Below, piece after piece: positions 25,516-35,036 of a stretch of 64,000 nucleotides of DNA. Position 1 is the first letter of the stretch, and every line of letters begins with the position of its first letter. A model generated the notes under the pieces. It did not search any database and had not been told where the DNA came from. It saw nothing but the letters and a program-made list of their open reading frames with translations. The translations under genes were made by a program, and so were the position numbers. The stretch is from a virus (taxonomy: Duplodnaviria > Caudoviricetes). The stretch covers positions 2,876 through 66,875 of the IMG/VR virus record IMGVR_UViG_3300037249_000373; one strand, 5' to 3'.

Positions 25516-27477
25516 TTATTCCTCAATTTTACTAAATTTTATCAATTTATTGATTGTATATCTTTTAGGAAAACCAAGATTAAGAGCTCTAGCTACCCAT
25601 TCAATAGAACTCATAGAATTAGGTCTCATCATTATTCTATAGCCCATATCACCTACCACACTTCCTTCTATGTTTTTGGTTTTATTATAGAAAGAATCTA
25701 TCTGTTTAACAGGAACAGTAAGGTGCTTTAAATCAAACAGGTCTACATATTTAGTAGGCTCAGAATACAGGAATACACCATTGTCTTCTCTGCAAGCATA
25801 ATAAGTTATTTCCTCAGGTATAAGCATATTCTTATGAGCTACCAATAAACCAACATGAGTATAATCACTATTTATATCTGGTATAGGATGATAATCATGT
25901 ACTGGATAACCTCTAGGTAATAGATTCTTTAAATGAGGAGGTTCATGTAATGGAGGTATAAATACACCTTTATAAAAATCTGGTTTAGGAGAAGGAAGTT
26001 TACTTACTATATTAGTTTTAATAATTCTTATTAAATTATCATATATAGACGTATCACCTTTATAACAAACCAAATAGACATGACCTTTAATTATTATACC
26101 TGTAGGTTCCTCTGGTTCTATAGGTTCAGGTTCAGGTTCAGGTTCAGGTAATATTGGTTCATAATAATCAAAGTAATTATCTTTCATTGCATATGGTTTA
26201 GTTTCTGAATATACATGAACTGCAACATAATCTACTATTTTAGATGCATCTTGAGCAACATGACTTAATGCACTTGATATATCAGAAAAACCTGGTATTG
26301 TACTGCTTCTAAAAGAAGCTGGTAAAGTTCTTCCACATATTTCTACTAAATCAAAATACTCACCATCAAAGTAAAAACCTTTTAAATTACCATATGTTTC
26401 ATAAGGTATTACTAGTTCATGCCAAGTAGATAATGTATCAGCAGGTAGTTGTTTTAATACTCTTATTGAAGGGTTAATCATCCATGACCATATTTTTAAT
26501 TCTTTGGTTTCAGGGTCTATCCATAAATCTCCAGAAGAGGATAGACTACCATCGACATTTCCTGTTGTATGAAAATGTATTAATCTATAAATACGATTTT
26601 CACCATTAGTCTCAGTAAATTTAAATCTAAATATATAAGCACAATTTAATGTATCGTTAGGATCTTCATGGTAATGAATAGAAGTTGGAATCCAGTTTAA
26701 AGTAAATCCAGACTTTAATATTGCATTAGTAAACTCAGGTACTTTAGTACCTGCATTATATCCATCTACTAATTGGTATTCTCCATCTATAACACCATCA
26801 GTAGATGTAAATATATAATAGCCATTAACTAGTATTTCATTAGGAAAATTATTGTATTTGCCTGCTTGAGAATTATTTCCAATATATGCACATTTATCTA
26901 CCGTGGCACTTCTAAGTAATACATCATTTATACCTAATGTATAATTTCCTATTTTTCTTCCCGGAGCATATACTTGAGTACCATAATCAGTTATAAAACC
27001 AACATAAACCAATAAACTTCCATCTGTATCTGTTTTTAAGTATGGTCTAATATTATCAGAAGCATATGTACCACCTGTATGAGCACCATTTGCATTTATA
27101 GCATATACAAAAGAATGTAATTCCTCATTCTCATAATAAGAGAATATGAAATAAGTACATGCTTTTTCTTTAAATTGAACACTATAATCAAAAATAAAAG
27201 GTACTTTATAAGTATTACCTGTTATTGGCTCACCTCTAGTAGGATTGTCTTTCCAAAATTCATTATAAATATCTGCTATATGCCAACCTTCTTCTAATGC
27301 AGTAGTTACATTAGACCTGTATTTACATGTACCTCTTGAATCACCAGAGTATTCATATGGATAAAAATAAGAAACATAGTACTGCTTGTTAGGAGGCAAT
27401 ACTATAGTTAAATTAAATGGTGTAGTAGTACTCATTATTTTATTCTCCGTAAATATAAAACCAAAGAAATAGTACAT
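25516..27477 (-). CDS. large two-domain hypothetical protein with Pro-Glu linker (likely start at MSTTTP)
   Basis: 653-aa ORF; Tyr/Gly-rich beta-type N-terminal part; 'PEPEPEPEPIEPEEP' linker. Confidence 0.75.
   Translation of the reverse strand: MYYFFGFIFTENKIMSTTTPFNLTIVLPPNKQYYVSYFYPYEYSGDSRGTCKYRSNVTTALEEGWHIADIYNEFWKDNPTRGEPITGNTYKVPFIFDYSVQFKEKACTYFIFSYYENEELHSFVYAINANGAHTGGTYASDNIRPYLKTDTDGSLLVYVGFITDYGTQVYAPGRKIGNYTLGINDVLLRSATVDKCAYIGNNSQAGKYNNFPNEILVNGYYIFTSTDGVIDGEYQLVDGYNAGTKVPEFTNAILKSGFTLNWIPTSIHYHEDPNDTLNCAYIFRFKFTETNGENRIYRLIHFHTTGNVDGSLSSSGDLWIDPETKELKIWSWMINPSIRVLKQLPADTLSTWHELVIPYETYGNLKGFYFDGEYFDLVEICGRTLPASFRSSTIPGFSDISSALSHVAQDASKIVDYVAVHVYSETKPYAMKDNYFDYYEPILPEPEPEPEPIEPEEPTGIIIKGHVYLVCYKGDTSIYDNLIRIIKTNIVSKLPSPKPDFYKGVFIPPLHEPPHLKNLLPRGYPVHDYHPIPDINSDYTHVGLLVAHKNMLIPEEITYYACREDNGVFLYSEPTKYVDLFDLKHLTVPVKQIDSFYNKTKNIEGSVVGDMGYRIMMRPNSMSSIEWVARALNLGFPKRYTINKLIKFSKIEE
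26123..26146. repeat. (GGTTCA)4 microsatellite encoding the PE linker
   Basis: Direct reading. Confidence 0.85.
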
Positions 27478-27650
27478 AAATCTACTACACTTTGGTCTTT
27501 TGGATTGGTAACAAACTTATAACCTTTATCTACTAAATTTTGCATTAAGGTATCAAGTGATACATCCTGATTATATAAATGAACAGTATTCCCTTTTATA
27601 TGTTCCAGCAACTCATTAAGTTTCTTTTCCATTGTATATTCTCCATGCAT
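27435..27650 (-). CDS. hypothetical protein
   Basis: GGAG RBS before MEKKL; coupled overlaps. Confidence 0.55.
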   Translation of the reverse strand: MHGEYTMEKKLNELLEHIKGNTVHLYNQDVSLDTLMQNLVDKGYKFVTNPKDQSVVDLCTISLVLYLRRIK

Positions 27651-27822
27651 GTAAACATGCTACTGATAGATGGTATAAGTTTTCTTCCCAATCCTTCATA
27701 CCTTTAGCATTAATCAATTCTTCATATTCCATTTTAATGATAGCATTGGCACCATTTGTGTCATCAGGATATTTATCCCAAGTATGTGGTTTATGTAAAT
27801 CAACTTCATGGCATTTATACAT
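27616..27822 (-). CDS. hypothetical protein (68 aa)
   Basis: ORF track; coupled to the next gene. Confidence 0.6.
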   Translation of the reverse strand: MYKCHEVDLHKPHTWDKYPDDTNGANAIIKMEYEELINAKGMKDWEENLYHLSVACLHAWRIYNGKET

Positions 27823-27879
27823 AAATTCTATATCTTCTGGCTCATCTATTTTATAGATATATTTTTTTAGTACTTATGG

Positions 27880-27892
27880 GCCCCTACGGGGC
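27880..27892 (+). promoter_or_regulatory. TAC-loop hairpin promoter candidate heading the + strand accessory island
   Basis: GCCCC-TAC-GGGGC in the divergent intergenic gap. Confidence 0.6.
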
Positions 27893-27932
27893 TGTACGGT
27901 TTTATTTTTTTATTTATTTTTAAGGATTAGTT

Positions 27933-28538
27933 ATGAAAGAAATTAATTTAGGTATGTTCAACAAAGTTATTGATAATTCATTCGATTCTAATGCAGAAGT
28001 TGCATATGGTCCAGAATTCTTAATGGATCTAGAAGTGTATCAGGATAACTTCTTAAAGGGTCTAAAGAAAGAGTTAATGGATAGAATTGAATCCTATGTA
28101 GATCATGATTATGACCTCATGAGAGGTGAAAAAGGTGCAATAGAAGGTGCTTTGGATGACTATCATCAAATTAAGGAAATCCATAAAGAATATATGGATG
28201 AGTTAATATTTGCTTTAACTAATGGATATAAAGTTTTAGCATTTGGTTTAACTCAGTATGCAGACAGGTGGGTTATCCCACAGGGATTAATGACCATCGA
28301 AAGTGAGTATATCACTGGAGATAATAGAAGAGCTCTTAAAGCTGTTTATCTGATTCCTGTTGTAGATTACAAGAGAATTGACAGAGGCATAGAGTTTACA
28401 TTATGCAGAAAAGGCAAGACTCCTAATAAATGGGAAAAAGAAACCAGAGTAGAAGAAAACCCTGTTAGGGTAAGAGTTACTCTAACGGTTAAAGGTAGTG
28501 TAGATACTATGAGTAAATATAAGGTTGAGGTATTATGA
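27933..28538 (+). CDS. hypothetical protein (201 aa)
   Basis: AAGGA RBS; first gene of the island. Confidence 0.7.
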   Translation: MKEINLGMFNKVIDNSFDSNAEVAYGPEFLMDLEVYQDNFLKGLKKELMDRIESYVDHDYDLMRGEKGAIEGALDDYHQIKEIHKEYMDELIFALTNGYKVLAFGLTQYADRWVIPQGLMTIESEYITGDNRRALKAVYLIPVVDYKRIDRGIEFTLCRKGKTPNKWEKETRVEENPVRVRVTLTVKGSVDTMSKYKVEVL

Positions 28539-28873
28539 CTCTAGAAGAGTTTAAAAACATCTGTGAACCATTAGAGGAAGTAGCAGTTAAGTCTATAAAT
28601 ATACCTGAATTCAGATGTGTAGACTTTGACTGCTATGCCAAGAATGACAGCTATATATTTGTAGTTAAATACATATCCAGGATTTCAAATAAGTTTAGAA
28701 CAATATTCTTATTTAATTCTAATGGTACTATGATAGGTATATTCGGTGATGCATATATGCATCATAAAACACTAAAGGCTATAGTAGATTATTTAACTCT
28801 ATTAGGATTACCTATAGATGAAAGTTTACAGCCATATATAAGAGATGCCACAAAGGAATCACCATGGTATTAA
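28535..28873 (+). CDS. YxxILG paralog family member
   Basis: 'IVDYLTLLGL'. Confidence 0.7.
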   Translation: MTLEEFKNICEPLEEVAVKSINIPEFRCVDFDCYAKNDSYIFVVKYISRISNKFRTIFLFNSNGTMIGIFGDAYMHHKTLKAIVDYLTLLGLPIDESLQPYIRDATKESPWY

Positions 28874-29229
28874 CTATTAACCAAGCAACAGATATACTTA
28901 ATAGTATACCTATTGAGTTATGCTACCCAAGAGTAAAACATAATGTTTTAGTAAGTGATACTCTAATACCATTAAGTATTTACCTATATAGAAGGGTAAT
29001 AATAGGAAGTACAGTTCCTAACCAAAGAGATATAAAAGTAGATATTATATTCTACCCTGATGTATACAAAGGTTGTTTCTCAGTAAATGTGTATTCAGAT
29101 CATAGATTATCTAATGTATACAATGGAACATATCTTAAAAGAGTACAGAAGAATTTAGGTATGTATTTTAATCTTCTTGGTTTAAAAGATCACCTTATGT
29201 CAGATATTAAGGATGTATTAAATGAATAA
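28864..29229 (+). CDS. YxxILG paralog family member
   Basis: 'DILNSIPIEL' and 'LGMYFNLLGL'. Confidence 0.7.
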   Translation: MVLTINQATDILNSIPIELCYPRVKHNVLVSDTLIPLSIYLYRRVIIGSTVPNQRDIKVDIIFYPDVYKGCFSVNVYSDHRLSNVYNGTYLKRVQKNLGMYFNLLGLKDHLMSDIKDVLNE

Positions 29230-29548
29230 AGAAGAATTCTTTAAATTAATTAAAGATATGCCATCTGATTTATATAAAGTAGATGACTATACAGTAACTA
29301 GAAATTTTAGTAAACATGCTAACTGTATAACATTTACTTATAAGTCACAAGAATATAAAGAAGTACCATTTTTTAAAGTAAGTGGTTATCCTAAAATATA
29401 CATTAATTATTATGTTAAACCAGAAACACCAACTATATGTATAGATAGCAACTTCTTTGTTAAACAAGAAATAGTAGATATAAAGCATAGAATAGGAAAC
29501 TACCTAGAACTATTAGGATTTACTATTAAAATGAGATATACAGGATGA
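29222..29548 (+). CDS. YxxILG paralog family member
   Basis: 'KLIKDMPSDLY' and 'IGNYLELLGF'. Confidence 0.7.
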   Translation: MNKEEFFKLIKDMPSDLYKVDDYTVTRNFSKHANCITFTYKSQEYKEVPFFKVSGYPKIYINYYVKPETPTICIDSNFFVKQEIVDIKHRIGNYLELLGFTIKMRYTG

Positions 29549-29604
29549 TAACCAGAAAAAAATGTAATATTGCTAAGTATATAACTAATTAGAGGAGATT
29601 TAGC

Positions 29605-30123
29605 ATGGAATTAGATAAAAGAATTAAATCACTAAAGTCTATTAGAAGTTTTAATACAGATAATAGTGATTGTTCAGGTAAGTTTGGCTATTTTACAAAC
29701 TATGTTGATAATTTTGATAACTTAGATGATATATGTAAAGGAACATGTGTATTTGAGGAAGGGGGAAGTTTCCCTTTTTATGCAATTAAAACAGATTCGC
29801 TAGAAAATAGAAAATTTCAATTTTTTATACCAGAGGAGGATTTGTTACCAAAACCAAAAGAAAAGAAATTTAGACCTTATACGCTCAAGGAATTTTTTGA
29901 CAAATTCACAGTCGGACAACCTATTAGATATAGAAGAAAAAGCGATTTATTAGAACGGTATTTAATTCTGGAAGGCTATGTGGATAGTAAAGGTGATGAA
30001 GAAGTTCGTTATCAATATGTCCACATAGGAAGTACACCATACACTCTTGACGAACTGTTTAATAAGTACGAGTGGCAAGAGCATTATACAGAGGATTTTA
30101 AACCATTTGGAGTAGAAGAATGA
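29605..30123 (+). CDS. hypothetical protein (172 aa), unrelated insert within the array
   Basis: GAGGAG RBS; lacks the family motif. Confidence 0.7.
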   Translation: MELDKRIKSLKSIRSFNTDNSDCSGKFGYFTNYVDNFDNLDDICKGTCVFEEGGSFPFYAIKTDSLENRKFQFFIPEEDLLPKPKEKKFRPYTLKEFFDKFTVGQPIRYRRKSDLLERYLILEGYVDSKGDEEVRYQYVHIGSTPYTLDELFNKYEWQEHYTEDFKPFGVEE

Positions 30124-30308
30124 CTGCTAAAAAATTATTAGAAAATCAAGAATTTAATGCTGATACAATTTCTGTATCATTGTCAAAGAAAGAATTGGAA
30201 CTACTTATAGATAAATTGTCTGATATGCCAATTATAAATAAGCAAGCTCTTTACATATTTCAAAAACTAACAGAAAAACTTGAAATTCTGGAAAGTAAAA
30301 ATGACTGA
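30120..30308 (+). CDS. hypothetical protein (62 aa)
   Basis: ATGA coupling; GGAG RBS. Confidence 0.65.
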   Translation: MTAKKLLENQEFNADTISVSLSKKELELLIDKLSDMPIINKQALYIFQKLTEKLEILESKND

Positions 30309-30678
30309 AGAACACTTAACTGATGAGATACATATGGATTCACTATTAAAGGCTCAACTAGAAACAGCCGAACAAATAGATAATTTTATGTCAGGTATTC
30401 CAATAGATTTATTTGATAAACCTGATTTCCTCATAGACATACATAGAGAAATTATGTGGAATAATCGTGGTGATCCATTTGGTAAATATGATTTAGTTGT
30501 ACCTGATAAGAATAATTTACGATTTAGTGTATTATCTGCAATTATTACTAAGACTACATATCAAGTACATACTAATACAAGATTTTATGATGATAATGTA
30601 AAGACTACAATAAATAATATAAAGAATAGGTTAAAAGCCTATTTTAGTATTATGGGTTTAGTAGAAAAAAAGATATGA
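30280..30678 (+). CDS. YxxILG paralog family member (likely start 30301)
   Basis: 'NFMSGIPIDLF' and 'LKAYFSIMGL'. Confidence 0.7.
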   Translation: MKFWKVKMTEEHLTDEIHMDSLLKAQLETAEQIDNFMSGIPIDLFDKPDFLIDIHREIMWNNRGDPFGKYDLVVPDKNNLRFSVLSAIITKTTYQVHTNTRFYDDNVKTTINNIKNRLKAYFSIMGLVEKKI

Positions 30679-30836
30679 CTATAGATGAAGAGAATAGAAG
30701 AAATATACTATCTAAAAATGATGGAATCCTACCTGTTAAGGAAGTATCTAAAACAATAACAAATACATTAGATAATATAGCTAGTTATTTTAATATTCTT
30801 GGTTTTACTGTGGGGAAAAAATATGACTACAAGTGA
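30675..30836 (+). pseudogene. 53-aa chimeric, internally deleted YxxILG paralog; not in ORF track
   Basis: MTIDEENRRNILSK (matches the N-terminus of 31127) fused to DGILPVKEVSKTITNTLDNIASYFNILGFTV (matches the C-terminus of 30799). Confidence 0.7.
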
Positions 30837-31140
30837 AATAGTAAAGATAATAAAGAGTATGCCTCCTAACATATATAGTAATGAATATTATAAGAATAAT
30901 CATTATATTAATAATGTAAGCTATTGTTCATGGAATTATGAAACTAAACCTAAATATTGCTCTGATTATCAAATTAAATTATTTGAACGTGATGGTAGCA
31001 TAAGTATCTATCTCTTTAGAATGGATAAGGTTTTACCTGTTAAAAGAGGACCTAAAGTAATTATAAATTCATTACAGAATATAGCAGCTTATTTTAGAAT
31101 TATTGGTTTTAAGGTAGAAACATTCTATGACCGCAAATGA
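30799..31140 (+). CDS. YxxILG paralog family member (likely start 30823)
   Basis: 'KIIKSMPPNIY' and 'IAAYFRIIGF'. Confidence 0.7.
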   Translation: MVLLWGKNMTTSEIVKIIKSMPPNIYSNEYYKNNHYINNVSYCSWNYETKPKYCSDYQIKLFERDGSISIYLFRMDKVLPVKRGPKVIINSLQNIAAYFRIIGFKVETFYDRK

Positions 31141-31468
31141 AGAAAATAGAAGAGATATATTATCTAAGCTACCTGATGAGTTGCTGCAAACCAAAGAATG
31201 TAAATTATTACATTCTTGGATTAATAGTACACCTCATACAGCTTGGAGAATATTAGCATATTCTAAACCATATGGTATTAAGTCAATAGATATAACTATA
31301 ACTGATAATGTTCGTGGTTCTTATTTTGTAGTTATTAAAGTATTTATCTCAGGTACTAAATATGACTACTTTAATGCACCTAAAAATAAATCATACCCTC
31401 AAGTAGATATAGCATATCAAATAGCTAATTATTTAAAGATATTAGGATTATACGTAAATGACCATTAA
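31127..31468 (+). CDS. YxxILG paralog family member
   Basis: 'DILSKLPDEL' and 'IANYLKILGL'. Confidence 0.7.
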   Translation: MTANEENRRDILSKLPDELLQTKECKLLHSWINSTPHTAWRILAYSKPYGIKSIDITITDNVRGSYFVVIKVFISGTKYDYFNAPKNKSYPQVDIAYQIANYLKILGLYVNDH

Positions 31469-31757
31469 TGAATTACTTAATGTATTATATACTGTACCCT
31501 TTAATAAACTAACAGATGGTATTATTTATTGTAGAATAAATAACTTTGTAGACGTTGTATCTACTCTAGGTAGAGTAGATATAGATTTTATGAGAGGTAA
31601 TACATGTATAGGTTTTATAAGGGTATATGGAGATAATACTATAAACCCTGCATTACCTGAAATATTACAAACAAATCCAAGACGTAAAGAATATCTAGAA
31701 GCTATAGAAAAAGTTATAACTTACTTAGAAATATTAGGATTTAGGAATGAACACTAA
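31458..31757 (+). CDS. YxxILG paralog family member
   Basis: 'NVLYTVPFNKL' and 'VITYLEILGF'. Confidence 0.7.
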   Translation: MTINELLNVLYTVPFNKLTDGIIYCRINNFVDVVSTLGRVDIDFMRGNTCIGFIRVYGDNTINPALPEILQTNPRRKEYLEAIEKVITYLEILGFRNEH

Positions 31758-31785
31758 TGAATTACGTAGTATATTAGAATCTTAA
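31747..31785 (+). pseudogene. truncated N-terminal remnant of a further paralog (MNTNELRSILES*)
   Basis: Coupled start like the other members; resembles 'MTINELLNVL'. Confidence 0.35.
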
Positions 31786-31906
31786 GTGAACTAGAAAAAA
31801 GGCTGTTAGCTAATTCACTATAACTAAGCATATAACAGCCTTATTACTTGGTTAACCACAATAATATTACTTCTTTTTCTTTCCACCACAACCCATAATA
31901 GTCTCC

Positions 31907-32152
31907 TTATTCAAACAACTTAACCTTAACACTTTTACACAATTCCTTAACTTCATTGTCATTCTTTAAATCAGTTTTATATGCTTTTAAACATACCTTT
32001 TCTAAGTTATCAGACTGTTCAATAAGATGGTTTTCATGCTTAATAGCTCCCCATAAAAATATTGATAAGCCAACTATTACAATTAACACAACACCGCCAA
32101 ATTCAAAAGACTCAATATCCATAAACTCCTCACTTGAGTAAGTGTCTTGCAA
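31907..32152 (-). CDS. small membrane protein (likely start MDIES at 32122)
   Basis: GAGGAG RBS before MDIES; TM 'GGVVLIVIVGLSIFLWGAI'. Confidence 0.6.
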   Translation of the reverse strand: MQDTYSSEEFMDIESFEFGGVVLIVIVGLSIFLWGAIKHENHLIEQSDNLEKVCLKAYKTDLKNDNEVKELCKSVKVKLFE

Positions 32153-32228
32153 GACATTTTAGCTTCACATCCCACGTGGGAACGCATGAGATTCTAACTC
32201 ATTTATAGCAAGACACTAAACCCATTTG

Positions 32229-32690
32229 CTACTCTCTATTTGCTACTTTTAACTGTTCAATCAAACTTTCTAATTCGTTAATCCTTGCTCTAGCATCATG
32301 TCTTTGTGATTTAACTTCTTGGTAGTCACTTTCAGTTATTTCACCCTCAGCAAACTTAATAGCCTTGTAATCAGTATCAGATAGATATTTTTTCAGTTCT
32401 ACGATTTCAGACTGATACTTCTCAATTAAAATCATACTCTCGGTTTTCTTAGGTGCATAGCCTTTCAGATAAATCCAACCATTAAGCTCACTCACTTCTG
32501 TATCAGTAATAGCAACGGTATTATCTTGCCAACCGAGTTGATAAGCCAATGCGGTATCTTCAGTAGAAGAACCCAAATGCTTATCATCATAGATTTTCTC
32601 GTAGTAGTAAGTATTAGGTACTTGTTCAATTACTGTTTCTTGGGTTTCTTGTTCTTCGATATAGTTTTCAAGTTCTGTAATCTGTTCCAT
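32229..32690 (-). CDS. tail-fibre-associated chaperone-like protein
   Basis: Directly after the fibre gene; 'LKKYLSDTDYKAIKFAEG...RARINELE' pattern common after phage fibres. Confidence 0.6.
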   Translation of the reverse strand: MEQITELENYIEEQETQETVIEQVPNTYYYEKIYDDKHLGSSTEDTALAYQLGWQDNTVAITDTEVSELNGWIYLKGYAPKKTESMILIEKYQSEIVELKKYLSDTDYKAIKFAEGEITESDYQEVKSQRHDARARINELESLIEQLKVANRE

Positions 32691-32693
32691 TAT

Positions 32694-35036
32694 TTAATCT
32701 CCTTGTGCGTTGCCTTGACATGGGTAGAATCTAGCAACAATAGTGCTACAAATACATCTAATATGATAGCTTTGACCTTTAACAACTGGAATAAATACAC
32801 AACCGTGATATTTGCTATCCCAAAGTGCATTGATAGGTGATAATACATTTTGCTGATAATATGTGTTACCGCCACCTGTTCTACCAACAAAAACATAGTG
32901 CATTTGGTCATACACTGTATCAGTAGCTTGAATACCAAGCCAACCATCGCTAGTAGGAGTATAAATGTTTACATTACTTCCATCAAGAACCCAATCTGTT
33001 GTATCAACATTAACGGAAGTCCCTGGCAAACTCAAAGCACCGGGATTAAGACTGTTTATTTTCTCTGTTTGAACATCTTTCCATTTGTAACCAGGAATAC
33101 CTAAGGCACCATTTCTTGTGTATGAGTATATACTATAAGATCCATCTGTACTTGTTCTAAACCAAGTTCTAGCTATTGAACCGATGCATGGATTTTGTGT
33201 TAATTCACACATTGTTTCCCCAGTAGTAAACATATAACTCAGTATAGCATTTGCATTTTGTGTACTATCACTATTTGTGTGTTTTAAGACGAGACAACTG
33301 GTCTGTGCTGTAGGTGCTTCACCAGTTGTAAAATTTCCAACATTTCTTACTATTATATCTTTAAAACTCTTAATTCCACTAATAGTCTCATTACCAGTAG
33401 TATGTACAACATCATCACTATATACTTTAGACCATTTGTTTGTGGAAGTGCCGAGGGAGTATACATTATTTGTGTATGGGTAAAAATCACCTTTTAATCG
33501 TGCATAAGATTTACCTGTATTATCAAGTGACAATCCAAAGAATGTGTAAACAACAGAGCCTGTTGTGCTAGGACTTCCACTGCTATATTTATTGCGAACA
33601 TAAAAGTCTAGGTTATTTGTTCCGTTCGCTATGTAGTTATTTCTGATATATGCAAGGTTATCAGTATTTTTATCTTTGAAACTAAACTGAGTGAACGTAT
33701 CACTTGATATTGTCTCGCCTATTGCAACTCTGCCATTTTTTAACTGAATTGTATCTGAATTAGTTTTGCTGAATGTGTTTGTATCAGTCCACTCGTTGAC
33801 TTTATCAAGTCCCCAAGCTGTGCCGTTGTAATAATAGGTCTGTGAGTAGACAGATTTCCACTGATTTGTAGATGTACCTAATGAAGAATCACTAGTATTA
33901 TTCCAAAGTGGCTTTAATTCACCATTTTGGTATTGCAATATATCAGTGTTTGTATCACTTTTAGAAACTATTAAAACAGCGTTACTATATGAACTTCTAT
34001 CCTGACCACTAAGAACTATTGAGCCACCTTTACCCCAAGCTGTACCACCATCTAATTCAATATATGAATTATCTAAGTTACACAGAACTTTTTTACCACC
34101 TTGAATGACCATATTAGAAGTAAAAGTCTTAACTCCAGCTATTGTCTGTGCTGTGCTCAAATCCACACACTGAATATTTACCGTCTTATCTGTACTTGAA
34201 TTAGCTGTAAATGTATCAACTGTTGTACCGTTTCGCTGAATAGTTAAAGTACCATCGTTCACAGTGCTAATTGTAGGCTTGTTACTAAGGTCATCATATG
34301 AACCAGTAAACGCTACAGTGGATAACTGTCCCTTTAGCCAGGTACAAAAATTATTAAACACACGGCGTAGGTTGAGCAGTGATATTGCCGGCTTTTGGTT
34401 AGGCACATGAATACCCGCTCTAACTGTAAGGCCGTCTGTAGCTAAACCTGGCGTATTTGGAAAGTAAAAGCTTGAGCCTCCACGGTTAAATAGTACAAGT
34501 TTTTTTCCAATTGCAAAGGGTGAACCATTATGGTGTAAATCTTGTCTATAAATTCTGAGCACGCTGTCAACATATAGGTATGCTGTGGAGACTCCTGTGT
34601 CGCTGTCATACTCTGAAATTATAGTGATGTGTACCCACTTGCTGGTTGGTGTGTCAATTGATACCTCTCGGTCACTGCCGCCAATTTCTAGGTTAATTGT
34701 GAGACCGTTGTCTACGTAGGCTTTATAGTCGCCCGAGTAGTTCATACCTGATTCAAGGTTAAGGAAGGAAAACCATCCCCCATCGGTGTAGCTAGGTTTA
34801 ACATAAAGATTAAAGTCTATTGTGTACTCGTTATATATAGCCTCCTGGTCGACTGCTACTAGTATCAGAGGTGTTCCGAGTGTACCCGTTACAAGTGAAT
34901 ATCCGTCTCGCCCGTCTATCTGCTCATATGTAGCATTAGGTGTTCCATCCAATACCCAGTTTCCCGTTAAATCGGTTACTGTTTGGTTGTCAAATGAAAG
35001 GTTTAAAATTACTTCGTTGCTCATGATAAACTCCAT
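32694..35036 (-). CDS. tail fibre / receptor-binding protein with N-terminal LamG/ConA-like domain (likely start 35024)
   Basis: 'YTIDFNLY...WVHITI...AYLYVDSV...IGKKL' LamG pattern; shaft repeats 'GSYDDLSNKP', 'SLGTSTNQW', 'SLGTSTNKW' and 'VHTTGNETISGIKSF'. Confidence 0.8.
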   Translation of the reverse strand: MEFIMSNEVILNLSFDNQTVTDLTGNWVLDGTPNATYEQIDGRDGYSLVTGTLGTPLILVAVDQEAIYNEYTIDFNLYVKPSYTDGGWFSFLNLESGMNYSGDYKAYVDNGLTINLEIGGSDREVSIDTPTSKWVHITIISEYDSDTGVSTAYLYVDSVLRIYRQDLHHNGSPFAIGKKLVLFNRGGSSFYFPNTPGLATDGLTVRAGIHVPNQKPAISLLNLRRVFNNFCTWLKGQLSTVAFTGSYDDLSNKPTISTVNDGTLTIQRNGTTVDTFTANSSTDKTVNIQCVDLSTAQTIAGVKTFTSNMVIQGGKKVLCNLDNSYIELDGGTAWGKGGSIVLSGQDRSSYSNAVLIVSKSDTNTDILQYQNGELKPLWNNTSDSSLGTSTNQWKSVYSQTYYYNGTAWGLDKVNEWTDTNTFSKTNSDTIQLKNGRVAIGETISSDTFTQFSFKDKNTDNLAYIRNNYIANGTNNLDFYVRNKYSSGSPSTTGSVVYTFFGLSLDNTGKSYARLKGDFYPYTNNVYSLGTSTNKWSKVYSDDVVHTTGNETISGIKSFKDIIVRNVGNFTTGEAPTAQTSCLVLKHTNSDSTQNANAILSYMFTTGETMCELTQNPCIGSIARTWFRTSTDGSYSIYSYTRNGALGIPGYKWKDVQTEKINSLNPGALSLPGTSVNVDTTDWVLDGSNVNIYTPTSDGWLGIQATDTVYDQMHYVFVGRTGGGNTYYQQNVLSPINALWDSKYHGCVFIPVVKGQSYHIRCICSTIVARFYPCQGNAQGD

